Positions 8,565-17,208 of a DNA stretch of 64,000 nucleotides are shown in pieces (the stretch's first letter is position 1; each line of letters starts with the position of its first letter). A model generated the notes under the pieces. It had not been told where the DNA came from, did no database searches, and saw only the letters and a program-made list of their open reading frames with translations. The position numbers and the translations under genes were made by a program. The DNA comes from Candidatus Pacearchaeota archaeon (lineage in GTDB: Archaea; Nanobdellota; Nanobdellia; Pacearchaeales; JAPDKA01), in NCBI GenBank assembly GCA_038817835.1, contig JAWAZI010000001.1, positions 44,948-108,947 of the forward strand, given 5' to 3'.

Positions 8565-9346
8565 AAAGTAAAGAGAAAATTACATGGTGTCCAGGATGTA
8601 CTAATTTTTTTATTCTTAATGCTTTTGAAAAAGCATTGAATGAATTAATTAAGCAAGGAATGAAAAAAGAAGAATTTGTTTATGTTAGTGGTATTGGTTG
8701 TCATGGAAAAATTCATGATTATTTGAATATTTCAAGTTTTAATGCTTTGCATGGAAGAGTATTGCCAGTAATTTTTGGAATAAAAATTGCGAATCCTAAA
8801 TTAAAGGTTATTGGTTTTGCTGGAGATGGAGATGTATATAATGAAGGAATAGAACATTTAATACATATGGCAAAATATAATATTGATTGTACTTATGTTA
8901 TTCATGATAATCAAATATTTGCTTTGACTGTTGGTCAACCAACTGCAACAACACAAAAAGGATTAAAAAGTAAAAGTTTTAAGAAAGTTGTGCAAGATAC
9001 ACCATTAAACCCAATTAAATTAATGTTAAGTCTTGATACAAGTTTTGTTGCTAGAGCTTATGCTTTAGAACATGAACATTTGAAAGATATATTAAAAAAA
9101 GCAATAATGCATAAAGGTTTTAGCTTTGTTGAAGTTTTGCAGCCATGTATTGTTTTTAATGATACGAGAGAATTTATAGGTAATAGAATTTATAAGCTAG
9201 AAGAAGAAAATCATGATGTTAATGATTTTAATCAAGCATGGAAAAAAGCTGAAGAATGGAATTATTGTTATGATGATTCGAGAATTCCTATAGGAATTTT
9301 TTATATAAAACAAAAAGAAACTTTTGAAGAAAAATATTTAAAATGA
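8549..9346 (+). CDS. 2-oxoacid:ferredoxin oxidoreductase, beta (TPP-binding) subunit
   Basis: WCPGCTNF, SGIGCHGK, GFAGDGDVYNEG (TPP GDG motif). Overlaps the upstream alpha gene. Confidence 0.9.
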   Translation: MEENLKSKEKITWCPGCTNFFILNAFEKALNELIKQGMKKEEFVYVSGIGCHGKIHDYLNISSFNALHGRVLPVIFGIKIANPKLKVIGFAGDGDVYNEGIEHLIHMAKYNIDCTYVIHDNQIFALTVGQPTATTQKGLKSKSFKKVVQDTPLNPIKLMLSLDTSFVARAYALEHEHLKDILKKAIMHKGFSFVEVLQPCIVFNDTREFIGNRIYKLEEENHDVNDFNQAWKKAEEWNYCYDDSRIPIGIFYIKQKETFEEKYLK

Positions 9347-10848
9347 ATCTTAAGGAAAGATTAAAACAACCACAATGTCAAATTGGTAGTAAAGGTTTTT
9401 GTTGTAAAAATTGTTTATTTGGACCATGTTTATTAATTAATGAAAAAAGTAAAGGTGTTTGTGGAGCAAATCAAGAATTAGTTATAAGTAGAAATCTATT
9501 AAGATTTATAGCTAGTGGAACAGCAAATCATTGTGGTCATGCATTACATATGTTAAATGCAATAAATGAAAAATTTCCAATAAACTATATAGAGAATAAA
9601 TCTCCAAAATATTTGCAAAATTTATGGAAAAAACTTGGAATATTACCAAAAGTTGGTTATGAACATTTCAAAGATATAAGCGAATCTCTTCATATGAGTA
9701 GTTTTGGAGTTTCATCTGATTATAAGCAATTATTATTAAATTGTTTAAAATTAGGAATAATTGATGGTTATTATGGATTATATCTATCTACAGAACTAGA
9801 AGAAAGAATATATGGAAAACCAAAAGTTAGAGAAGCTTTTGTTGATTTGGGAGTTATAAACAAAGATAAAGTAAATATAGCTATTCATGGACACTTACCT
9901 ATATTTGCTGAAGCAATAACAAAAGAATCGAGAAAATATAAAGATATTAATATTATAGGCGTTTGCTGTAGTGGAGCTTTTTTATTATCAAAACTTGGAA
10001 TACCACAAGCAGCTAATATAATACTGCAAGAAGATGTTATTAACACTGGCTTAATTGAAGTTATGGCTGTTGATCTTCAATGTGTAATGCCATCCTTATC
10101 TGATTTAATTGAATGTTTTCATACAAAATTAATAACAACTAATGAATTAGCAATGATGAAAAATGCTATTCATATGTCAATAAAAACAATAAAAGATGCG
10201 AAAATAGTTGCAAAAAAAATAATAAAAATTGCAAGAAATAATAAAAAAAATAGAAATAAAATATATGAAAAAAAATTTGAAGAAATAAAAAATAGAAAAG
10301 TAAAAGCTGTAGTTGGTTTTGATGAAAGAATATGGAAAAATATTAATAATAGATTAAAAGATAAAAAAATTAAAGGAGTTTTAGCTTTTATTGGTTGCGT
10401 AAATGCTAGATGTAATGAAAAAGAATGGATAAAAATAATAAATGAACTAAAAAAAGATTATGTAATTTTAACTACAGGTTGTATGGCTTTTGAGCTAGCA
10501 AAAAATGGATTACTTGATGGGAAAAATATTTTTCATTTAGGAAGTTGTGTTAATAATTCAAGAATTGCAGAAATTTTTAAAAATATAGCAAATGCAAATA
10601 AAGTTAAAATTACAGATATGCCATTTCTTGTTTCTGCCCCAATGCCAATAACAGAAAAATGCTTTGCAATAGGTTTTTTCTTTGCTTCTTTGGGTGTAGA
10701 TGTACATTTTGGTTATAATACTATTTTGAGAAGTAATAAAAATATAAAAAATTTCTTGGAAAAATCATTAAAAAAATATTTTCACTCAAAAATATTTTTG
10801 GAGGAGAATGCATCAAATTTTAAAGAAAATTTAAAATTTAGTTTTTAA
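9343..10848 (+). CDS. cooS: compact CooS-like Ni-dependent carbon monoxide dehydrogenase homolog
   Basis: N-terminal CQIGSKGFCCKNCLFGPC...GVCGA matches the CooS D/B-cluster Cys pattern. The candidate C-cluster ligand contexts are IAIHGH, GVCCSG, LQCVMPS, IGCVNA, TTGCMA and GSCVNNSR. ATGA start/stop overlap with the OFOR beta gene. Only 501 aa. Confidence 0.8.
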   Translation: MNLKERLKQPQCQIGSKGFCCKNCLFGPCLLINEKSKGVCGANQELVISRNLLRFIASGTANHCGHALHMLNAINEKFPINYIENKSPKYLQNLWKKLGILPKVGYEHFKDISESLHMSSFGVSSDYKQLLLNCLKLGIIDGYYGLYLSTELEERIYGKPKVREAFVDLGVINKDKVNIAIHGHLPIFAEAITKESRKYKDINIIGVCCSGAFLLSKLGIPQAANIILQEDVINTGLIEVMAVDLQCVMPSLSDLIECFHTKLITTNELAMMKNAIHMSIKTIKDAKIVAKKIIKIARNNKKNRNKIYEKKFEEIKNRKVKAVVGFDERIWKNINNRLKDKKIKGVLAFIGCVNARCNEKEWIKIINELKKDYVILTTGCMAFELAKNGLLDGKNIFHLGSCVNNSRIAEIFKNIANANKVKITDMPFLVSAPMPITEKCFAIGFFFASLGVDVHFGYNTILRSNKNIKNFLEKSLKKYFHSKIFLEENASNFKENLKFSF

Positions 10849-11888
10849 TCTATCAATACAAGATTTTTACCTAATTGTTTTGCTTTATATAATAATTTAT
10901 CTGTTCTTTCTATAAAATGATTTAATTTCTCATTTTCTTTTATTTCTGCAACACCAAAGCTTGCAGTTATAAATCTTTTTGATTTTCTTGCATAATAAAA
11001 ATTTTCTATTTCTTGTCTTATAACTTCAGCAATTTCTTTTGCAATATCTAGTGATGCCTCTATAATTATTGCAAATTCTTCACCACCATATCTACATGCA
11101 TAATATTTTATATTATATTTTTCATACTTACTTAGAATATCTTTTACAGTTGATCCGATTTCCTTTAATAAATCATCTCCTGCGAGATGGCCATAAACAT
11201 CATTATAATTTTTAAAATAATCAATATCAAACATTATTAATGATATTTTCTTTTTTTCTTTTATTAATTCTTCTAATTTATCGATAAAAAATGATTTATT
11301 ATATAAGCCAGTTAAACTATCAATAATTGCTTTTTTACTTTCTTTTTCATATAGTTTTGCATAAAGTTTTGTAACTTTTTTTTCTTTTTCTTCTAATTCT
11401 TTTTTCATTTTTATTTTTTCTATTCCTATTGCTGTAAGATTTGCAATACTACTAACTAATCTTAAATCAAATTTACTAAATCCATCTAATTTTTGGAATA
11501 AGAATATTGCACCTATAATATCAGAATATAACATTAAACTTACAACAAGAATATTTTTTATATTAAATTTTCTTAACCTTTTATGTTTTTTTGTATTATT
11601 TATTATTATTGCTCCACCTTTTCTCATTACATCACTTGCAATTTCAAGTAATAAATCTCTAAAATCTTCTTTAATTTCTCTTGCTAAAATTTCATAATAT
11701 TTTATATTTAAATTATCATTATCTTTCAAAACAAAAAATACATATTTAGATTTTATATTAAATTTAATTAAATCGCTAACCTTTGAAAGAAATATATCTA
11801 AATTATCAGTACTTCCCATTATTTTATATAAATCTCTAAGTACTTTGATTTCTTTTTGACTATATTCAAAAATTTTTTCTTTATTCAT
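10845..11888 (-). CDS. GAF-domain diguanylate cyclase (GGDEF domain, GGEEF active site)
   Basis: C-terminal DSLTGLYNKSFF...MFDIDYFKNYNDVYGHLAGD...RYGGEEFAII...SFGVA is a canonical GGDEF domain (GGEEF at 11073-11087). The N-terminal ~150 aa is GAF-like. A coiled-coil linker joins them. Confidence 0.85.
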   Translation of the reverse strand: MNKEKIFEYSQKEIKVLRDLYKIMGSTDNLDIFLSKVSDLIKFNIKSKYVFFVLKDNDNLNIKYYEILAREIKEDFRDLLLEIASDVMRKGGAIIINNTKKHKRLRKFNIKNILVVSLMLYSDIIGAIFLFQKLDGFSKFDLRLVSSIANLTAIGIEKIKMKKELEEKEKKVTKLYAKLYEKESKKAIIDSLTGLYNKSFFIDKLEELIKEKKKISLIMFDIDYFKNYNDVYGHLAGDDLLKEIGSTVKDILSKYEKYNIKYYACRYGGEEFAIIIEASLDIAKEIAEVIRQEIENFYYARKSKRFITASFGVAEIKENEKLNHFIERTDKLLYKAKQLGKNLVLID

Positions 11889-11942
11889 TTTTACTTCTCT
11901 ATAGTTATAACTTTTAAGTTTTTGTTATTTAAAAATTTTTCG

Positions 11943-12371
11943 TTATAACTTATATATCTTATTAATTTCTTTTTCTAGTATTTTTATTTCATTAAGAATT
12001 TTTTCAGCTTCATTAGCTAATAAAGATTTAGAGAAATATAACTCATCAATCCTTTTTTCTAGAATTTCTTTTGCTTCATCTATTGTTGTTTCTATAACAA
12101 TACCTTGCCCCAAATTAACAAAAACTTTATCTTTATCTTTTATTTCAGCTTTTACAAAAATACCTTCTCCAACATTTGCTAAAATTTCTTTTTCTTTATT
12201 ATATTTCATTTCATCTAAATTAATTTTTATATTTGTTATTTCCAAAATACTTTGGTCAATCATTTTGTATTGTTCTTCAATTTTTCTCAATTCTTGATCA
12301 AGTAAAAGAAGTTTCAAACTTTTATCTTCTATTTCTTTTTTTAATTTTTCTTCACTTTTCTTTTTTTCCAT
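11943..12371 (-). CDS. pfdA: prefoldin alpha subunit
   Basis: Coiled coil, then beta-hairpin block (VGEGIFVKAEIKDKDKVFVNLGQGIVIE), then coiled coil. Adjacent to L14e as in many archaea. Confidence 0.8.
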   Translation of the reverse strand: MEKKKSEEKLKKEIEDKSLKLLLLDQELRKIEEQYKMIDQSILEITNIKINLDEMKYNKEKEILANVGEGIFVKAEIKDKDKVFVNLGQGIVIETTIDEAKEILEKRIDELYFSKSLLANEAEKILNEIKILEKEINKIYKL

Positions 12372-12657
12372 TTTTCTTCTTTTTTCTTTCTTCTAATTTT
12401 TTAATTTTTTCAAATTTTTCTTTACTTATAATACCTTCATCAACTAAAGCTTTAATTATTTTTTCTTTATTAGTTTTTTCGTCAATTTTTATAACTTTAT
12501 CTAAAAACTTCAAATGATTTATATTGCATTTTCTTCTCTTTACTAAACCATCAATTAAAACATATTTATCATCTATTACATCAATTATTACACATGGTTT
12601 ATTTCTTTCTTTTCCTGCAGTTTTTATGCAGATTCTACCTTTTTGTATTATGCTCAT
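12352..12657 (-). CDS. rpl14e: ribosomal protein eL14 (L14e)
   Basis: KOW-type N-terminus GRICIKTAGKERNKPCVIIDVIDDKYVLIDG...RRKCNINHL. Confidence 0.85.
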   Translation of the reverse strand: MSIIQKGRICIKTAGKERNKPCVIIDVIDDKYVLIDGLVKRRKCNINHLKFLDKVIKIDEKTNKEKIIKALVDEGIISKEKFEKIKKLEERKKKKNGKKEK

Positions 12658-12670
12658 TTTATTTTAAATA

Positions 12671-13144
12671 TTAATATATTTTTAAAATCTTTCTTAGCAA
12701 AATACTAAAAATTAAACCAAAAAATATGTAACATAAAAGCCATCCTGCTCCATTCCCAATAATTGGGAGGTTATATTTCCAATCAATTATATTTCCAATT
12801 TTTGCTTCTGTATATGCATATCTTAAAAATAAAAAAACTAATATCAAAGGAAAAAATGTTATTAATGTAGGATTCAATGTCGATTTCATTAACTCTAAGT
12901 TAATTTCCATCATTTTTTTATTTATTTCTTTTAATTTTTCATTATTGTTTTCTTTTGCAGCTTTTTTTATTTCACTTTGCAATTCTTTTTGTTTTTCTTT
13001 TAATTTTTTTATCTTGTTTTGATCTGTAAATTTTTTATAAATTAATAGCTGTAAAAATGTTACAATAAAAGAAATTAAAATTATACTTATTAATCCCTTA
13101 GGTAAACCAAAAATACTAAAACCAATAAAATCTTTTAGTTCCAT
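12671..13144 (-). CDS. DUF106 / EMC3-TMCO1-like membrane protein (archaeal YidC/Oxa1-like insertase candidate)
   Basis: TM, then a long KE-rich coiled helix (KIKKLKEKQKELQSEIKK...MMEINLELMK), then two TMs. This is the typical DUF106 layout. Confidence 0.65.
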   Translation of the reverse strand: MELKDFIGFSIFGLPKGLISIILISFIVTFLQLLIYKKFTDQNKIKKLKEKQKELQSEIKKAAKENNNEKLKEINKKMMEINLELMKSTLNPTLITFFPLILVFLFLRYAYTEAKIGNIIDWKYNLPIIGNGAGWLLCYIFFGLIFSILLRKILKIY

Positions 13145-13173
13145 AATTTTTAAATAAATAATTTTTTAAAAAT

Positions 13174-13587
13174 TTACTTCTCCACCATTTTTCCAAATTC
13201 TTTTAGCATTGCTTTTCCTTTTTCTTCTTCTAGCAATTCCTTTAATTTTTTTCCTTTTCTTATTTTATTCATTGTTAAATATTCTAATATAGATGAACTA
13301 AAGAAAAATAAAACAATTATAAAAAAAGCAAGAATAGGACTTATTTTATAAAAAAATTCTATAATTTTAGCTAATCCAATTTGAAAAAGAAGAAATGGTA
13401 AAAAGATAGAAATTAAAAAAATAATAAAAGAAGGAAAATTAGAAATATCTTTTAATATTCTATAAAACCAAATAACAAAGCATATAAAAACAATACCACA
13501 AAGAGCTAAAAAATTTATATCATTTAAAGTAGTATTAAATAAAGCAACCAAAATTTTTTCAATTAATAATAATACATTTTGATCCAT
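13174..13587 (-). CDS. hypothetical integral membrane protein
   Basis: 137-aa ORF with about 3 hydrophobic segments and a KE-rich C-terminus. No family recognised. Confidence 0.5.
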   Translation of the reverse strand: MDQNVLLLIEKILVALFNTTLNDINFLALCGIVFICFVIWFYRILKDISNFPSFIIFLISIFLPFLLFQIGLAKIIEFFYKISPILAFFIIVLFFFSSSILEYLTMNKIRKGKKLKELLEEEKGKAMLKEFGKMVEK

Positions 13588-13640
13588 AAAAATATAATAA
13601 AAATAATATTAAAAAATTTTCAAGATTAAAATTTTATTTT

Positions 13641-14183
13641 TTATTTTTTTGTCAGCTGTTGGAATTGTTCTAATTTTTGCCATGCTTCCGCAGGACCCGT
13701 AGCTCCTCTTAATGCTTGTGCCCTTACTTTTCTTCTCATTGCCCATAAATAAGCTTTAGTAGAACCCCAAGAAAGCAATATGAAAATAACAAAAGCTGCA
13801 ATTATTTCAGAAACAACAGCAACTACACCCATTGTAGAAGCAAGACTAAGTAAAAATCTTGCTATTGCTATCAATCCCCTACTCAAAGCAATTAATAAGC
13901 TTAAACCAAAACTAATTATATAAACTGTTCTTCTAGAAAAAAATGGGGCTGTTAATGTTAAAATATCTACAAAAGCAAACATAAAAATTAAGAAAAGCAA
14001 AACAAAAATTATAACATGACCAACTGTTGTTAGTTCTGTAAATCCAAACAACCAATCGAAAGGTTTAATTGGTCCTACAGGATAATCAAGAACAGATTTG
14101 GGCTCTTGTGCAATAACAAAAGGTATAAAAATTAATGAAAGTAAAAAATAAATTAAAATAAAATTTTTAATATTTTTTTCCAT
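13641..14183 (-). CDS. hypothetical membrane protein with signal peptide
   Basis: 180 aa. N-terminal signal (FILIYFLLSLIFIPFVIAQE), about 4 TMs, Arg/Ala-rich tail. Its 3-prime end is locally more GC-rich than its neighbours. Confidence 0.55.
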   Translation of the reverse strand: MEKNIKNFILIYFLLSLIFIPFVIAQEPKSVLDYPVGPIKPFDWLFGFTELTTVGHVIIFVLLFLIFMFAFVDILTLTAPFFSRRTVYIISFGLSLLIALSRGLIAIARFLLSLASTMGVVAVVSEIIAAFVIFILLSWGSTKAYLWAMRRKVRAQALRGATGPAEAWQKLEQFQQLTKK

Positions 14184-14200
14184 AATAAGATAAAAAAATT

Positions 14201-14518
14201 TTATTTAAAAATTTTTTGATTTGTTTTTACTCCAAAACTTTTCAATAAAAATAAGATAAAGATTATAACTAAAATTATTGATAAAGCTATAGCAAATCCT
14301 CCTGAGATGAATTGTAAAATTTTTATTGCTAAAGCCCTTATATAACCTAATTGTAAACCTATTAAAGTAATTATTAAAGCAATAATAGCTGCCATCCATC
14401 TTCCGAATATTTTTATTCTAATAAATACATCAAAAATAATTACAAATATTATAATAATCAAAATAGCTATAAGTATATTTTGAGTTAAATTTTCTCCAAG
14501 AATCTCTGCTAAAACCAT
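14201..14518 (-). CDS. hypothetical small integral membrane protein
   Basis: 105 aa, three hydrophobic helices. No family recognised. Confidence 0.5.
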   Translation of the reverse strand: MVLAEILGENLTQNILIAILIIIIFVIIFDVFIRIKIFGRWMAAIIALIITLIGLQLGYIRALAIKILQFISGGFAIALSIILVIIFILFLLKSFGVKTNQKIFK

Positions 14519-14526
14519 TTTAAAAT

Positions 14527-15639
14527 TTAAGGTTGTGGATAGAAAAATTTTTTTCCTTCATAATTTGTTAATTTTACTATATTTTCTTTTATTTCATAAC
14601 ATTTTGGTATACAAGGAACTTTTCCACCACCACCAGGAGCATCTATAACAGGAGTTGGTATAGCTAATCCCGAGATCCAACCTCTCAATTTTTTATAAAT
14701 TTCTTCTAAAACTTCAACTCTAGTTCTAAAATGATTAATCCCTTTTACAGGATCACATTGATAAAGATAATATGGTTTAACTCTTATATATAATAATTTA
14801 GTAAATAATTGTTTCAAAGTTTCTGCATCATCGTTAACTCCTTTCAATAAAACTGTTTGGTTTCCCAAAACTATTCCTGCATCCACAAGTAAATTACAAG
14901 CTTTAGAACTTTCTTCAGTAATTTCTTTTGGATGATTGAAATGAACATTAATATATAATGGTTTATATTTTTTTAGCATATTTATAAGTTCTTGATTTAT
15001 TCTCTGTGGATATGTTACAGGTACCCGAGTACCGATTCTTATTATACCTTCCCTTTTATTTATTATAGAATAAACTCTATCTAAAATTGATTCTAATTTT
15101 GATTTTGATAGCATAAAAGGATCACCACCAGAAATTATAACGTCATTTATTTCTTCATGTTGGCTAATATATTCTATTCCCCTTTCTATATCTTTTTCAC
15201 TTAATGGCCTCTTTGGATCACCAACTTTTCTTTTTCTAGTACAAAATCTACAGTAAGTTGCACATTGATTTGAAACTAAAAAAAGAACCCTGTTTGGATA
15301 TCTATGAGTTATTCCTTTTGGAACATTTTTTCTTAATTGTCTTTCAGGTTCTTCATGTAGAGGATCTTCTTCAACTCCAGGAACATTTTGTAATTTTTCA
15401 TCAATTTCTTCTATAGATGGTATACATTGCTTATATATAGCATCTCCTTTTTTTTCAATTAAATTAAAATAATATCTTGTAACTCTAACTGGATAAATAG
15501 AATCGATTTTTTTTAATTCATCAAGACTAATACTAAATCTATTTGCAATTTCTTCTAAACTTACAAAATCTGAACGAGAATATTGGGGCGAGCTTTCTTC
15601 TTCCATCTTCTTGTTATTTTTTATACTATTAAATATCAC
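14527..15639 (-). CDS. kamA: lysine 2,3-aminomutase family radical SAM enzyme (KamA/AblA-like)
   Basis: KamA-type blocks: YPVRVTRYYFNLI, HRYPNRVLFLVSNQCATYCRFCTRK (CxxxCxxC), ISGGDP, NVHFNHPKEIT, NQTVLLKGVND. Confidence 0.85.
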   Translation of the reverse strand: MIFNSIKNNKKMEEESSPQYSRSDFVSLEEIANRFSISLDELKKIDSIYPVRVTRYYFNLIEKKGDAIYKQCIPSIEEIDEKLQNVPGVEEDPLHEEPERQLRKNVPKGITHRYPNRVLFLVSNQCATYCRFCTRKRKVGDPKRPLSEKDIERGIEYISQHEEINDVIISGGDPFMLSKSKLESILDRVYSIINKREGIIRIGTRVPVTYPQRINQELINMLKKYKPLYINVHFNHPKEITEESSKACNLLVDAGIVLGNQTVLLKGVNDDAETLKQLFTKLLYIRVKPYYLYQCDPVKGINHFRTRVEVLEEIYKKLRGWISGLAIPTPVIDAPGGGGKVPCIPKCYEIKENIVKLTNYEGKKFFYPQP

Positions 15640-15758
15640 AATTTAAAAATTTTTTTTCACTTTTTTACATATAATATAATTCAAGTTTTTTGATTAATAA
15701 TTTTTTCGACGAAATTTTAATATAAAAAAATTTTTAAAGAAATAAGAATAAGGATGTT

Positions 15759-16178
15759 ATGGGAACAATAATAAATAAAAAATTAAAGAAGAAAAAACAA
15801 TTTAGGTGGAGTAGTAAGCATTATAAAAGAAGAATGCTTCAACTTGATAAAAAAGCAGATCCTTTAGAAGGGGTTCATCAAGCAAGAGGTATAGTTTTAG
15901 AAAAAGTTCAACTTGAAGCAAGACAGCCAAATTCTGCAATGAGAAAATGTGTAAAAGTACAATTATTAAAAAATAATAAAATAATTACGGCTTTTGCTCC
16001 TGGTGATGGGGCTATAAAACTTATTAATGAACATGATGAAGTTATTGTTGAAAAAATTGGGGGAAAACAAGGAAGAGCAAAAGGTGATATTCCTGGAGTT
16101 AGATTTCAAGTTATAAAAGTTAATGATCAAAGTTTAGAAGCTTTAAGACAAGGTAAAATAGAAAAAGCAAGAAGATAA
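15759..16178 (+). CDS. rps12: ribosomal protein uS12
   Basis: [14 protein letters not shown]...TAFAPGDG...[13 protein letters not shown]. Confidence 0.95.
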   Translation: MGTIINKKLKKKKQFRWSSKHYKRRMLQLDKKADPLEGVHQARGIVLEKVQLEARQPNSAMRKCVKVQLLKNNKIITAFAPGDGAIKLINEHDEVIVEKIGGKQGRAKGDIPGVRFQVIKVNDQSLEALRQGKIEKARR

Positions 16179-16179
16179 A

Positions 16180-16776
16180 ATGGAATTTAAGTTATTTGAT
16201 TTATGGCCACAAACTAACATCACTATCAATGATCCTGGATTAAAAAAATATATAATTCTTGATCCTAAACTATTCCCTAGAAGTAAAGGTAGACTTGCTA
16301 AGAAAAAATTTGGAAAGGCAAAAATGCATATAGTTGAGAGACTCATCAATCAACTTCAAGTTCCTGGACATAGAGGAAAAAAACATAAGATAATTACAGA
16401 ATGGGCTACAGGAAAATATAACAAAAAAGTAAAAATAGTAATTAAAGCTTTCAAAATTATTGAAGAAAAAACAAAGCAAAACCCATTACAAGTTTTTATA
16501 AATGCAATTGAAAATTCTGCACCAAGGGATGAGATAACAACTATAGAATATGGTGGTGCAAGATATCCAATTGCTGTTGATATAAGTCCCTTAAGAAGAT
16601 TAGCTTTAGCAATAAGGCATATTGTTTGGGGAGCATACGATAAAAGTTTTAATAAAAAATTAAAAATACATGAAGCACTAGCAGAAGAAATTTTATTAGC
16701 TAGTAAAAATAGTATGGAGAGTTATGCAATAAAAAGAAAAACAGAAATAGAGAAGCAAGCTGATTCTGCAAGATAA
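16180..16776 (+). CDS. rps7: ribosomal protein uS7
   Basis: VERLINQL...NPLQVFINAIENSAPRDEIT...GGARYPIAVDISPLRR; follows S12. Confidence 0.95.
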   Translation: MEFKLFDLWPQTNITINDPGLKKYIILDPKLFPRSKGRLAKKKFGKAKMHIVERLINQLQVPGHRGKKHKIITEWATGKYNKKVKIVIKAFKIIEEKTKQNPLQVFINAIENSAPRDEITTIEYGGARYPIAVDISPLRRLALAIRHIVWGAYDKSFNKKLKIHEALAEEILLASKNSMESYAIKRKTEIEKQADSAR

Positions 16777-16830
16777 AAATAAATCTCTATAAAATAGTAA
16801 CATTTTTAAATATTAAAGATATATTATTTA

Positions 16831-17136
16831 ATGAGTTTAGATGAAAGAATTTTTAATTCTGAAATTTTTTTGATATGTTCTAAAATAAAAGATATCAATA
16901 AAAAAAATAAAATAAAAAGTATCGAGATACTTTTAAATGAAAAAGATAATTTCAAGGAAATAGAAATAAATATTTATTATAATAATGAATCTTTTAATAA
17001 AGTTGTAAGAATAAAATATGAAAATAAAAATTTTATTGATGATTTTAAGAAAAAATTTGAATATTATACTGAAAAATTAGGTATGAAGCTTAATCTAATA
17101 AAAGAGGAGGAAAGAAAATTAATATATTCACCATAA
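16831..17136 (+). CDS. hypothetical protein (sits where EF-2 usually lies in the archaeal str cluster)
   Basis: 101-aa Asn/Lys-rich ORF with no recognisable motif. Called only as an ORF in a tight same-strand gene array. Confidence 0.4.
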   Translation: MSLDERIFNSEIFLICSKIKDINKKNKIKSIEILLNEKDNFKEIEINIYYNNESFNKVVRIKYENKNFIDDFKKKFEYYTEKLGMKLNLIKEEERKLIYSP

Positions 17137-17208
17137 TTTTTGGAAGGAAAGATTTTTAAATAAATTTTGATAAATTATATTTAAATTAAATTTAAATTAA
17201 TTTAAAAA

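Noticed and set aside
10845-10848. Convergent CooS-like and GGDEF genes share a single TTAA that supplies both stop codons.
   Set aside because: It is a real feature of the sequence but is most simply explained by genome compaction. There is no evidence of regulatory significance.
15640-15758. TATA-like and BRE-like boxes upstream of rps12 and other operon heads, and AGGA-type Shine-Dalgarno-like sequences (for example aaggatgttATG at 15745-15761).
   Set aside because: In DNA this AT-rich, TTTAAATA-like strings occur almost everywhere. Without transcript start data I cannot distinguish functional promoters from background, so none are reported as features.
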